From Candidatus Omnitrophota bacterium (GTDB taxonomy: Bacteria; Omnitrophota; Gorgyraeia; Zapsychrales; JANLHA01): a DNA stretch of 64,000 nt. Below are positions 45,735 to 56,800 of this stretch, piece by piece. Position numbers and translations under genes: made by a program. Numbering within the stretch: the stretch's first letter is position 1; each line of letters begins with the position of its first letter. The notes beneath the pieces were generated by a model. The model was not told where the DNA came from, searched no databases, and saw only the letters and a list, made by a program, of their open reading frames with translations. Location of the stretch: NCBI GenBank assembly GCA_040753435.1, contig JBFMEN010000003.1:10916-74915 (forward strand). The letters run 5' to 3'.

Positions 45735-47726
45735 ATGCCAAAAAAAACTGCACCTTTCTATTCCGATCTTTTAGTAAACGATCTCGACTGCGGATTTTTT
45801 CGTCATAATTTGGATGAAAAAAGGCTTCTCAATTTCGCGAATCAATCATTTTGTGAATTGCTGGGATATTCGCCCAAAGAGATGTCCCAGGTCTCGTTTT
45901 CCAATATTTTTAAAAACAAACGCATCTGTGAGAAACTCATCAATCAGGTGATTGGCGGCGAAAGCGTGAGACGAAAGAAAGTTGTTTTTAAGGCCAAGAA
46001 CGGGAATGAAATTCCCGCTGAATGCTGTCTGGCTGCGGTTTATGGGCGTGACGGCAACCCCAGATATATCGAAGGGTTGGCCAAGCCGATTATGCCATCC
46101 AGTATTCAAAAAGACCTTGCAGATTCAAAAGAACTCTTTAAAACTGTTTTTCACAACTCACCCGTCGCCATTATTGTTGCGGACAAAGACGAGCGGATTA
46201 TTGCATGGAACCCTTTTACCGAAAAGCTTTTGGGGTTTGGCAGGGGAGATCTTTTTAACCGTCCTGTCAGCGAGCTTTATCCGAAGAAGGAGTGGAAACG
46301 TATCCGGACCCTCAATATCCGCAAGCACAAATTGGTTTCCGATCTGGAAACCAGGATCACCAAAAAAGATCAAAGTGCCCTTGATATCCGGCTTTCACTT
46401 TCGGTTGTTCGTGATCAAAACGGAGAGGTGCTCGGCTCAATCGGTATCATGCACGATACTTCGATCCAGAAACGGACTGAGAAAATGTTGATGGAAGCCA
46501 AAAAGGCGGCGGAATCCGCGAGTGAGGCCAAGACCATGTTTTTGGCCAACATGTCGCACGAGGTCCGCACTCCGATGAATACAATCATGGGCATGGTCGA
46601 CTTGACCCTGGATACCGAGTTGACGCCGGAACAGCGCGACTATCTTCAGACCGTAAAAAATGCCGCTGATATTTTGCTGAGTTTGCTGAATGATATCCTG
46701 GATCTATCGCGGGTCGAGGCCGGGAAGATCCAGCTTGAAGATATTGAAATTAGTATCGACCGGACTATCCGCAGTGTTTGTAAAACAATGGATATTCTCG
46801 CAAAAAATAAAGGATTGTCGCTCCAGTGGTTGACTGATGAGAAGGTCCCCGACCTCGTTAAAGGCGATCCTGTGCGTCTGCGCCAGGTCCTGGTGAACCT
46901 GATCAATAATGCGATCAAATTTACTTCGAAGGGGAAAATAGAGGTTGAGGTTAAAGTGACCTCTATATCTGAAGAGAAGTGCCTCCTTTTATTTTCAGTG
47001 AAAGATGAAGGGATCGGGATCGAGAAAGATAAACAGGAAAAGATCTTTGAGGTCTTTACACAGGAAGATGTGTCGACGACAAGGCAGTTCGGTGGAACAG
47101 GGCTCGGTCTGGCTATTTGCAAGAAGCTGTTGGAGTTGATGGGAGGCAGCATATGGGTTGAGAGCGAGAAAGGCAGGGGGAGCAAGTTTTATTTTAATAT
47201 CCCGTTTCAGATCGTCCGGAAAGATGAAGTTCCCGAGGCGCTGCAGGAGGATAGTATTGAGTTGCAGTTGATGGAACAGATTTCCATAAAGAAGAGCCAC
47301 GAAGCTGTAGTTAAAAAAGAGAACATCCATATTTTGCTTGCAGAAGATAATATGGTTAACCAGCGGATGACACAGCGCATGCTTGAGAAGAAGGGCTGGC
47401 AGGTTACGGTTGCCAATCAGGGGCAGGAAGTTTTGGACCTGCTAATGAAGCAGTCGTTTGATTTGATTTTGATGGACGCGCAAATGCCGGTGATAGACGG
47501 GTGGGAAGCAACAAAACAAATTCGGGAAAGTGAAAAGACAACAGGGGGACATATACCGATTATTGCTTTGACGGCAAGAGTTATGGCTGGGGATCGCAAG
47601 AAATGTCTTGACGCGGGTATGGATGGGTATGTGTCGAAACCAATCGATCGTTCTCAATTATTTGAGGTGGTCGAATCGTTTTTCTTCATTGAGAAAGGTG
47701 GATCGGATGGACATGAAAGTCATTGA
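45735..47726 (+). CDS. Hybrid sensor kinase PAS-PAS-HisKA-HATPase-REC
   Basis: FLANMSHEVRTPM, NAIKFT, FGGTGLGLAI, LLAEDN.VN, LMDAQMP, SKP. Confidence 0.95.
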   Translation: MPKKTAPFYSDLLVNDLDCGFFRHNLDEKRLLNFANQSFCELLGYSPKEMSQVSFSNIFKNKRICEKLINQVIGGESVRRKKVVFKAKNGNEIPAECCLAAVYGRDGNPRYIEGLAKPIMPSSIQKDLADSKELFKTVFHNSPVAIIVADKDERIIAWNPFTEKLLGFGRGDLFNRPVSELYPKKEWKRIRTLNIRKHKLVSDLETRITKKDQSALDIRLSLSVVRDQNGEVLGSIGIMHDTSIQKRTEKMLMEAKKAAESASEAKTMFLANMSHEVRTPMNTIMGMVDLTLDTELTPEQRDYLQTVKNAADILLSLLNDILDLSRVEAGKIQLEDIEISIDRTIRSVCKTMDILAKNKGLSLQWLTDEKVPDLVKGDPVRLRQVLVNLINNAIKFTSKGKIEVEVKVTSISEEKCLLLFSVKDEGIGIEKDKQEKIFEVFTQEDVSTTRQFGGTGLGLAICKKLLELMGGSIWVESEKGRGSKFYFNIPFQIVRKDEVPEALQEDSIELQLMEQISIKKSHEAVVKKENIHILLAEDNMVNQRMTQRMLEKKGWQVTVANQGQEVLDLLMKQSFDLILMDAQMPVIDGWEATKQIRESEKTTGGHIPIIALTARVMAGDRKKCLDAGMDGYVSKPIDRSQLFEVVESFFFIEKGGSDGHESH

Positions 47727-48063
47727 TATGAAAGAAGCTCTGGACAGGGTGCAGGATGACCGCGAATTGTTATTTGAACTGTTTGATATTTTTCAGGACG
47801 ATTTTAAGGTAAAGCGTAAGGAGATCCAAAAGGCGCTGGATCAAGGGGATTGCGAAACGGTTCGCAATCTTGCCCATTCCTTAAAGGGCGCCGCAGGGAA
47901 TATTTCCGCCAAAAGACTCCAGGCACTTTTTCTGTTTGTTGAAGAAAAGTCTGCCGCAGGCACTCTTTCCGAGATAGGAGGAAGGTTGACAGAGTTAGAC
48001 AGGGAATTTGAAGAATATAAAGTAGAGGCCCAAAAGCTGAGAAGTGAACGGGGTCTTCTGTAA
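47707..48063 (+). CDS. Hpt phosphotransfer protein
   Basis: LAHSLKGAAGNISA; overlaps the end of the kinase gene. Confidence 0.9.
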   Translation: MDMKVIDMKEALDRVQDDRELLFELFDIFQDDFKVKRKEIQKALDQGDCETVRNLAHSLKGAAGNISAKRLQALFLFVEEKSAAGTLSEIGGRLTELDREFEEYKVEAQKLRSERGLL

Positions 48064-48078
48064 ACGGATTCGCAAAGA

Positions 48079-49101
48079 ATGAGAAACTTTGTTTTCACAA
48101 TTGTGGTAATTTCCGGCTTGCTTCTTGGAATAGTGCTCGTATTGTTGAATACGACGATTCTAGTCAACGCTTTGCTGCCTGAAATTATTAATGAGCACGT
48201 GAAAGCATTTTCCATTGAGGAGTTCAGGTGCGGGAGCCAGACCAGCCGCTTGCCGGATTTGTTGTTCCTGTACAATGTGAAGTTCAAAGTCAGGAAAGGC
48301 GACCGGCTTGTCGACGTCAGTGTGAAGGAAATCGCTATCCACGAGTTCATGGATTTCGTTAAGCATTTTGAAACGCTGGGGATGTCCGCCAAGGGAATTA
48401 ACGTTGAGACAAAAGGATTTTCAGCGAAAAACGGTCAGTTGCAGGTCGTCATCGGATTGAAAGACCGTGTGGCCAGATATGCGGAAGGAGCAGGTTATAT
48501 CAAGAATTTCGAGGCCGGCGCATATTCATTTAATAAAGTGGTAGGGCATTTCAAGATTAATCCTGTTAAAGTTGAAGTCTTTAACGTTGAAGGCAAGATG
48601 TATGATGGCGATTTTACAGGACAGTTAACGCTTGATTATAAACCGCATTTCAATTTCGCTCTCTGGTCGGAGTTTAAAGGGATCCAGACGGCTTCAGTCC
48701 AAAAGATACATCCCGGGTTTTTTAAAACCATCAGGGGTTCCCTTGACGGATCCCTTCGTGTGGTTGGAGGGGAAGAGGTCGATATTTTTACCGTTATCTT
48801 TTTGGCCAGGAAAGGCTTGGCGATTACGCCGCATGTTTTTCTTTCGATGCGGGGCGCTTTTGATGAAGAGGAGGAGGCTGAACTCAAACGTCTCGCCGAG
48901 AATAATGCTGCCCTGACCGTCGAAAAGGGGGTTCTTCATATTCAGAACAGCCGCGATGAGAACGTGATGATGATTTTCGACATCGAGGAGGAAATCAATC
49001 ATTTTCTGCTAAAAGGGCGCTTCCCTTTGAAATGGGAAAAAGGGTTTAAGGAATTTTTGTTTCCCGTCATCGAAGACCAGGAGCCTGCCGGTGCCAGTTA
49101 A
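48079..49101 (+). CDS. Membrane-anchored beta-rich protein (possibly AsmA-like)
   Basis: N-terminal TM, repeated amphipathic beta segments, 'GKMYDGDFTG'. Confidence 0.55.
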   Translation: MRNFVFTIVVISGLLLGIVLVLLNTTILVNALLPEIINEHVKAFSIEEFRCGSQTSRLPDLLFLYNVKFKVRKGDRLVDVSVKEIAIHEFMDFVKHFETLGMSAKGINVETKGFSAKNGQLQVVIGLKDRVARYAEGAGYIKNFEAGAYSFNKVVGHFKINPVKVEVFNVEGKMYDGDFTGQLTLDYKPHFNFALWSEFKGIQTASVQKIHPGFFKTIRGSLDGSLRVVGGEEVDIFTVIFLARKGLAITPHVFLSMRGAFDEEEEAELKRLAENNAALTVEKGVLHIQNSRDENVMMIFDIEEEINHFLLKGRFPLKWEKGFKEFLFPVIEDQEPAGAS

Positions 49102-49777
49102 TATTGAGTTATGGATCGTTGTTGGTTTTCTTTTCGGTTTATTTGTTCTCGGGCTGGTTTTTTTAATGTCTCTGGAGCGAAAAAAGGCCCGTTCTCCGCG
49201 CCGAGTCAAACCATTGAAGGAAAAAGAACAGAAAGACTGGAGGGATGCGGCGCTGCGTTTGGAAAAACATGTTATTGAACTTCGCAAAGAAAGTGCCGAT
49301 TGGCATAAACAGGTCAAAGGCCTGCAGAAGGATTTGGAGATTTACCAGAAAAAATATGAAGATCTCTCAATCAAGCTCGATCGGGAAAAGACCTGGGAAC
49401 AGAAAGAATCCGCAGAACGGGAGAAAAAGAACCTGAGGATAAGAGAGCTGGAAAACGAAGTCAAGCGCGCGGAATCCCAGCTGGAAAAAGAGCATATGGA
49501 GTTCGTCTTGATCAGGCGGCAGAATGACGATTTCAGACAGGAGACCGAGAGGCAGACGGAGATGATCCGGCAGTTGAACGGTGATCTGGAGAAGGCCAAG
49601 GCCCAGACGGATGTTTACCGGAAAGAGATCCTGGAACTGCGGGCGGAAAATAAAAAGTTGTCCAAGCGCCACGATGACGTTCAGTGGATCGCTAAAAGCG
49701 TCCATATGCAAGTGAAAGATGAGCTCCGGCGGAAAACAGAGGAGCTTGAAAAGCTCCGGTCAAATAACAGCAACTAA
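49091..49777 (+). CDS. Membrane-anchored coiled-coil protein
   Basis: N-terminal TM followed by long heptad-rich charged helix. Confidence 0.75.
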   Translation: MPVNIELWIVVGFLFGLFVLGLVFLMSLERKKARSPRRVKPLKEKEQKDWRDAALRLEKHVIELRKESADWHKQVKGLQKDLEIYQKKYEDLSIKLDREKTWEQKESAEREKKNLRIRELENEVKRAESQLEKEHMEFVLIRRQNDDFRQETERQTEMIRQLNGDLEKAKAQTDVYRKEILELRAENKKLSKRHDDVQWIAKSVHMQVKDELRRKTEELEKLRSNNSN

Positions 49778-49848
49778 ATTCGAAATACGAATATCGAAAT
49801 CCGAAGGAAGGATTGCGTGCTTGGCATTTCGGACTTTTAATCCATGCA

Positions 49849-51021
49849 ATGATTCATTTTTCCAAACGTACTGACTGGGATCTCAGTCAGAATGAATTAA
49901 CAAATATTCAGAACGCTCATAAATCCTCCGGAAGGAGGATTTATGATCTTACGGTTTCCAATCCGACCGTTTGCGGAATCGATTTTCCTCAGGCAAAAAT
50001 CGATCAGGCATTTCATCATCAGGAAAATTCAGTCTATCATCCTCATCCCCGGGGGCTTGCAGTTGCCCGGGATGCCGTTCGGGAATATTACGCTCAAAAG
50101 GGAGTCAAACTTTCTGCCGATCAGATCTTTTTGACCTCCAGCACGTCGGAAGCCTATAGTTTTCTGTTCCGTCTTCTTGCAGATCCTTACGATGGTGTTA
50201 TTTTTCCGAAACCCAGTTATCCTTTGTTTGAATTTCTTTCTGATCTCCATGATTTGAACTGGGCGACGTATCAACTTGTTTATGAAAACGGCTGGCGTCT
50301 TGACGAGGTTCTTTTCAGATCGGCGATGGAAAACAATCCGAAGGCGATTGTCCTGGTCAATCCCAATAATCCAACCGGTTCCTGCCTGAATAAGGGCGAG
50401 CTGGATCTGATTTATTCCGCGGCTGCTCTAAGCGACGCGCCGATCATTTGCGATGAAGTGTTTTTGGACTACAGTTTTGATGAAACCAAGGAAATCCGGA
50501 CATTGGCCGGGCGGAAAGATCACCTGACTTTTGTTCTGGGAGGCGTTTCGAAAGCCCTCGCCTTACCCCAGATGAAGTGTTCATGGATCGCTGTGTCAGG
50601 TCCGCAGAAGGATGTCAGCGATGCGCTTTCCCGTTTAGAAGTGATTGCCGATACGTATCTTTCCGTTAACACACCGGTCCAGAATGCCTTACCGGTGCTC
50701 ATGAATCTTCAGCCAGAAATCCGGTCAAAAATCATGGAACGGGTATCTTTGAACAGAAATTTTCTGTCTGAAGCCGTGAAGAGTTTTAAAGGAGATTCTG
50801 AGTTGCTGAGGGCCGATGGTGGATGGACCGCAGTCTTGCGCTCTTCAGGAGCCGATGAAGAGCAGCTTGTGGTGCGTTTGTTAAGAGAGAAGGACGTTCT
50901 TGTTCACCCGGGATACTTTTTTAATTTTCAGGAAAGCGGGTTCTTTGTGATCAGTCTCCTTCTTCAGGAAGAAATTTTTCAGGAAGGGATCCGGCGGCTT
51001 TTAACCATGCTTCGCAGATGA
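49849..51021 (+). CDS. PLP-dependent aminotransferase class I/II
   Basis: PSYPLF, NPNNPTG, DEVF, GVSK...P.MK, HPGYFF. Confidence 0.9.
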   Translation: MIHFSKRTDWDLSQNELTNIQNAHKSSGRRIYDLTVSNPTVCGIDFPQAKIDQAFHHQENSVYHPHPRGLAVARDAVREYYAQKGVKLSADQIFLTSSTSEAYSFLFRLLADPYDGVIFPKPSYPLFEFLSDLHDLNWATYQLVYENGWRLDEVLFRSAMENNPKAIVLVNPNNPTGSCLNKGELDLIYSAAALSDAPIICDEVFLDYSFDETKEIRTLAGRKDHLTFVLGGVSKALALPQMKCSWIAVSGPQKDVSDALSRLEVIADTYLSVNTPVQNALPVLMNLQPEIRSKIMERVSLNRNFLSEAVKSFKGDSELLRADGGWTAVLRSSGADEEQLVVRLLREKDVLVHPGYFFNFQESGFFVISLLLQEEIFQEGIRRLLTMLRR

Positions 51022-52925
51022 ATACCACTGATCTGAAAAAATTGTTGGACAATGTCTGGGTCAGGGGAGCTTTCCTTGCGCTCGTCGTGCTCTTGTGTTA
51101 TTCCCAGGCAATGAAGGCGGGTTACATCTGGGACGATGATTACCTGGTGACCCGGAATCCGTATTTAAAGAGCGCGAACGGTTTAAAAGAGCTATGGTTT
51201 AACTTCCGGTCGCGCTCCCAGTATTATCCTGTGGTGTTCAGCGTCTTCTGGGTTTTTTATCACTTGTGGGAACTGGATCCGTTCGGATATCATTTAGCGA
51301 ATATCATTCTCCACATCGGGAACGCCCTTCTCATTTGGGCGATTTTCAAGAAACTGGATATCCCCTGGGCATACTGGATTGGCTTTGTTTTTGCCGTCCA
51401 TCCCGTTCACGTCGAATCCGTCGCGTGGGTCTCGGAGTTGAAAAATACCCTTTCAGCATTTTTCTTCTTGCTGACGGTCCTTGTTTACCTTGGGATTTAT
51501 CTCCCCGACTGGAAGAGATGCTCTCGTCCGTTTATTTATGCTTCTGCCCTTGGCCTGCATTTACTGGCCTTATTCAGTAAAACCGTCACGTGCGTTTTCC
51601 CCGTCATTATGCTCATCGTTTTATGGTGGAAGAAAAAAAGCCTTCAATGGAAAGATGTGTTAATGCTGGTCCCGTTCTTTCTGCTGGGGTTAATGATGGG
51701 CCTCGTGACCGTTTGGATGGAGGTTCATCAGGTAGGAGCCGATGGAGCGGAATGGCAGCAAACGCCGGTAGAGAGGTTTTTGATTGCGGGGCGGGCGCTT
51801 TGGTTTTATCTGGCAAAACTTGCTCTTCCAGCGAATCTGATCTTTACATATACCCGCTGGCGGATTGATGCCGGCGCATTTTGGCAATATTTATATCCTG
51901 TTTCGTTCGGCCTGTTGATGCTGACACTCTTTATTAAATCTTCCAAATGGGGAAGAGGCTGGCTTGCGGGATTGTTATATTTCACGATGGCGCTGTTTCC
52001 GGCGTTAGGGTTCTTTGATTTATTTCCGATGCGTTTTTCCTATGTCGCCGATCATTTTCAATACCTGGCCAGCATCGGGCCAATCGCGCTCGCGATCTTT
52101 TTATGTTATTTGCTTTGGCGGAAAAATTTTTATGAAACCCGTCTTGCCCTGGGCGTTGTTTTTTCTGCCGTCGTTATTCTTTTCGGCTGGCTGACATTCA
52201 AACAGACGTTTATTTATAAAGACAAACTGACCCTGTTTAATGACGTCATTGAAAAAAATCCGGACAGCTGGATGGCGTACAATAACCGCGGAGACATTTA
52301 TTTTTCTCAGGGGCGGCTGGATCTGGCGGAAAATGACTTTGCCAAAGCCTTATCGCTATTTCCCAATAATTCCGATGCCTTGAATAACAACGCGCTGATT
52401 TTTTATTTTAAAGGCGAGTTTGAAAAGGCGTTCCATTTTTTCAGCCTGGCGATCAAGGCGCGTCCGGAATTTTATGAGGCGTACGGGAACAGGGGTATGG
52501 TGTATCGCCAGAATGGGGAATTCGAAAAGGCGCTGGACGATTTTAACCGGGCCCTGAAGATCAACCCGTATTATCAGGAGGGATATAACCGTCGCGCGAT
52601 CCTGTTTTCCATGATGGGCAATCACGACGCCGCTCTGAAAGATCTGAGCGCTGTTATAAAAATCGATCCGGCTTTTGTCGGCGCTTACGCGAACCGTGGT
52701 GTTATCTATTTAAAAAAAGAAGATTACCCGCGCGCATTGGAGGAGTTCAATCTTGCCCTGCGGGTTGACCCTTCGCTGGGGACGGCCTATCTGAATCGGG
52801 CCGCGGTTTGGAAACATTTGGGGCGGGTGGATTTGGCTCTGGCGGACCTTTTGAAGGCCCGGACGATGGGTCTCAATGTAGATCCACAGGAAATCAAAGA
52901 TCTTCAGGAAAAGGCACGACGGTAA
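51018..52925 (+). CDS. TMTC-like GT-C protein O-glycosyltransferase with TPR repeats
   Basis: YIWDDD, HPVHVESVAWVSE, VADHFQYL, then about seven TPRs. Confidence 0.85.
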   Translation: MNTTDLKKLLDNVWVRGAFLALVVLLCYSQAMKAGYIWDDDYLVTRNPYLKSANGLKELWFNFRSRSQYYPVVFSVFWVFYHLWELDPFGYHLANIILHIGNALLIWAIFKKLDIPWAYWIGFVFAVHPVHVESVAWVSELKNTLSAFFFLLTVLVYLGIYLPDWKRCSRPFIYASALGLHLLALFSKTVTCVFPVIMLIVLWWKKKSLQWKDVLMLVPFFLLGLMMGLVTVWMEVHQVGADGAEWQQTPVERFLIAGRALWFYLAKLALPANLIFTYTRWRIDAGAFWQYLYPVSFGLLMLTLFIKSSKWGRGWLAGLLYFTMALFPALGFFDLFPMRFSYVADHFQYLASIGPIALAIFLCYLLWRKNFYETRLALGVVFSAVVILFGWLTFKQTFIYKDKLTLFNDVIEKNPDSWMAYNNRGDIYFSQGRLDLAENDFAKALSLFPNNSDALNNNALIFYFKGEFEKAFHFFSLAIKARPEFYEAYGNRGMVYRQNGEFEKALDDFNRALKINPYYQEGYNRRAILFSMMGNHDAALKDLSAVIKIDPAFVGAYANRGVIYLKKEDYPRALEEFNLALRVDPSLGTAYLNRAAVWKHLGRVDLALADLLKARTMGLNVDPQEIKDLQEKARR

Positions 52926-52930
52926 ACTCC

Positions 52931-53650
52931 ATGAACCTTGTTTTATTTGAGAAAAAGGATTTTGTTGATGATCGGCACGTGTTGCTTAAAGGACGCCAGT
53001 TTCTTCATGCCAGAGATATTCTTCATATCAAAACAAATGACGTGATCCGGGTCGGCGCGCTGGGAGGTCTTCTGGGCAAAGGCGCGGTTGTTGAATTGGG
53101 AAAGGATTCCCTGAAACTGAGAGTCAGTCTCGATGAGGAGCCCCCGCAAAAGTTGGGAATAATTCTGATCCTTTCTCTGCCGCGTCCGCTTGTTTTCCGA
53201 AGACTTTTATCCGCTGTCGCTGCCATGGGTGTCAGGCAAATTGTTTTTATCCAGAGCGTTCGTGTTGAAAAAAGTTACTGGAACAGCCCAGCCTTAAATG
53301 AAGAAAATGTCCGGCAGGCGTTGATTTCGGGATTGGAGCAAAGCAGGGACACGCTTTTACCCGATGTCAGTTTTGAAAAAAGATTTAAGCCCTTCATGGA
53401 TAAGCGTTTGCCTTTGCTTCGCGAGGGGAAGAAATGTTTCCTGGCTCATCCGGAGAAGGCGAAACCATGCCCATCGAATGTGAAGGGACAGATGGTTCTT
53501 GCGGTTGGTCCGGAAGGCGGATTTGTCCCATCTGAAGTTGAGGCCTTCGAGAAGGCCGCTTTTTTGTCTGTTCATCTCGGTCCGCGTATTCTGCGGGTTG
53601 AAACTGCCGTCCAGGCGCTGCTCGGCCGCACAATGTCTTTGACCCGGTAA
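52931..53650 (+). CDS. rsmE: 16S rRNA m3U1498 methyltransferase
   Basis: VGPEGGF...LGPRILRVETA. Confidence 0.9.
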   Translation: MNLVLFEKKDFVDDRHVLLKGRQFLHARDILHIKTNDVIRVGALGGLLGKGAVVELGKDSLKLRVSLDEEPPQKLGIILILSLPRPLVFRRLLSAVAAMGVRQIVFIQSVRVEKSYWNSPALNEENVRQALISGLEQSRDTLLPDVSFEKRFKPFMDKRLPLLREGKKCFLAHPEKAKPCPSNVKGQMVLAVGPEGGFVPSEVEAFEKAAFLSVHLGPRILRVETAVQALLGRTMSLTR

Positions 53651-53805
53651 CATAATTTTCTGCTTTCGACCTCCCCAACCTTGATATTTTACTAATTTAT
53701 ATATTATATTTGGTTATAAATTATAAAAGCCGAAAAGATTGAGATCAGGGCGAAAAATATATATAACTATTTTATTTATAACAAGATAAGTCGTTTTTCA
53801 TAAAA

Positions 53806-56800
53806 TTGAGAAAAATTAACTGTTTAAAATTTCATGCTGCGGGAAAGGCCCTGACCTGTTTTTTGGCTTTTTCCTTTGTGTTTAATCCTGTTATTGGGTA
53901 TGCCCAGATTGGATTAAACCCGTCATCTTCCCCAGTTCTTCCTGTTCCAGGAGCCATGGTTCCTTTGAGCGGCGCTTTTGACCCGGCCATCATCAATGGG
54001 ATAAAGATATTTCCCGATAATCCTTTTCGATTAGAGTTTCTTATTGGTTCAGGACAATCGGAATTGGAAGGGGATGACTTCAGGGAAGAGTCTAAAAAGC
54101 TTGTTCGGTATTTTTTGGCTTCATTGACTGTTCCCGACAAGGAACTCTGGGTCAACTTATCGCCCTATGAAAGAGATCGTATTATACCCGAAGCCTTTGG
54201 TATTACTGAAATGGGCCGGGATTTGCTGGCCCAGGATTATTTATTGAAACAGGTAACGGCTTCGCTGATGTATCCGGACGGGTCTCCAGGCAAAGAATTC
54301 TGGCTCCGGGTTTCCGCGAAGGCTTATGAACAATATGGGGTCACCGATGTTCCCGTTGACCTGTTTAACAGAGTATGGGTCTTGCCCGACAGGGCGGTTG
54401 TTTATGAGCAGGGAGATACTGCTTTTGTGATTGAGAGCCGTTTAAAGGTGATGCTGGATTCGGATTACGAAGCCATGCAGGGTTCCCAAGAGCCCAAGAG
54501 CCCAAGTTCCAAAGAAAAAGATTTTACATGGGCACATGGGCACATGGGCACATGGGAACTTGACTCCGGAGAGCTTTCGAAACAAATCGTTCGCGAGGTC
54601 ATCCTTCCCGAAATCGAACGAGAAGTCAACGAAGGAAAAAATTTCGCCCCGTTGCGCCAGATTTACAATTCAATGATACTCGCCACATGGTTTAAACGAA
54701 GTCTGCGGGAAGGTTTGTTGAACAAAATTTATGTCGGAAAGAACAAGATTGAAGGGGTTGATATTAGTGACAAACAGGCCAAAGAGAAGATCTACCAGCG
54801 GTACCTGGAGGCATTCCAGGAAGGGGTTTATAACCTGGTTAAAGAAGAGTATGATCCTGTTCTAAAAGAGATTGTTCCAAAGAGATACACATCCGGAGGA
54901 ATGGAATTCGGGTTGCGGCTGGATCAAACGGTCAAGAATGTCACCAGTCTGTCTTCAGCGCAGTCCAAAGATTTCGCAATGCTGGTTAAAGACAAGGGGA
55001 TCAGGAAGGTTTCCGTTGATCTGGAAAGGTCCGCAAAGACAATCCCTGCTCTAAGTTATGCTATTTATCAAGATGCGGAATATATCAACGGAAGGATTGA
55101 GGGGGGAAGATTATTTCGTCCGGGAGGGGCAAAAGATATTTTTGAATTACGCGTGCACTTGGACGAAACGCCTTTGGATTTCTCTGGGGTTGTTAAAATG
55201 ATCCTTCCGAAAGACGGAACGTTAACTATGTTCGGAAAGGGATATTGGCAGGGTTGGGAGGAATACCGCGGCGAGCCGGTAATTATTGTTATAAACAACA
55301 GAAACGTGGTTGAAGTTTATAATTCACAAAATCAAAAGATTTTCCCATTCGGAAAAAATATTATTTATCCCGGAGGAACGTACCGGAATGGAAAAGTCAA
55401 TGGAACTCCGTTTAACCCGCATGGAGCAAGGACAAAAGTTACGATTAAAGACTATATCGGTGAAAACCCGGAATTCACCGGTGTTATCCACAGAGTTCAG
55501 CTCAATAATCATGGCGGGTTGCCTTCCATGGAATATCTGGGGGTCAAATGGGCTAATATGAGCGGCTATGAAAACGCCTTTGTTACGATCGTAGTCGAAA
55601 AAGGCCGGGCTACGGCGATCTATGATGCGAGCGGGAAACAGATCTTCCCTTTCCCCCATAATTATGTCCATTTTGGGGCTCAATACAAAGACGGAAAAAT
55701 TACCGGCGGCGTTTTGGCAACCCCGCACGGGATTTCCAGCCGTTACGAATTGAACAAGTTGTTATCAGCCGCGAGAAAAAAAGATCCCGGCATGTCCTGT
55801 GTCGTCGAAAAGGTGCCGCTGAATGATAAAGGAGGGCTGACGTATTTCCTGGGGGTCGGCAAGTATTGGGCAGATAAGGCGGGATACGAAAAGGCCCTTG
55901 TTACGATTGTCGTTACTAACGGAGATGAGATTACGGTTTATGATGAGAGAGGAAAGAAGATTTTCGAAAGACTGCGGAAGGAAGAAAATTTCGTTTACTT
56001 AAATGCTCGATATGAGGAGGGGAAAATCGTCGGAGGCACGCTTCTCAATGAACGGGGAACTTTTGACCGGCGGGAGTTAAATAAAATCGTGGCGCCGCAT
56101 CCCGGGTTTACCGGGGTCATTGACAAGGTCCGCTTGTCGTTTAATGGCGGGTTGGTGAAATTTCTTGGAAAAAATGTTTGGATGGGGATGACGGAATATG
56201 CCTATCAGATGGTCACAGTTGTTATGGCCGATGGGGAAGTGACGGAAGTTTATGACAGGAGCAACGAGCCAATATATCCGTTTAAAGAGAATTTTATATA
56301 CAAAGGCGCCCGTTTGGAGAAAGGGAAAATTATCGGGGGAGAACTTGTCAATCCCCAGGGGTTTCTGGACAAAACGTTTATTGGGAAGTATCTGAATGAA
56401 CCGGAAAATGAGGATTTTACGGGAGTTATTGAGACAAGGCTGCTGTTTGATGGAGGACTTCCCGTGGGTTTAGAGGAACCCGGATGGTCGTTACAGACGG
56501 AATATAAGCATAAATTTGTTTTTATAGTGAAAGAAAAAGGGAAGACAGTCGGAATTTATGATGAGGAAGGAACTAGATTATTTCCTTATGACGCAAATTT
56601 TGTTTATTGGAACGCTGATTTTATTGATCGGGAGATTAAGGGAGGAAAGCTCCTGACCCCGGCAGGGGTGAGAACCCGTAAGAATTTAAATGAACTGCTT
56701 GCTGAATATCCGGATTTTACAGGGATTATTACGAAGCTGCCGTTTCACGATTCAGGACGGCTCGGTCAAGTGAAAGATGGAATCTATCTTGACTATGTTT

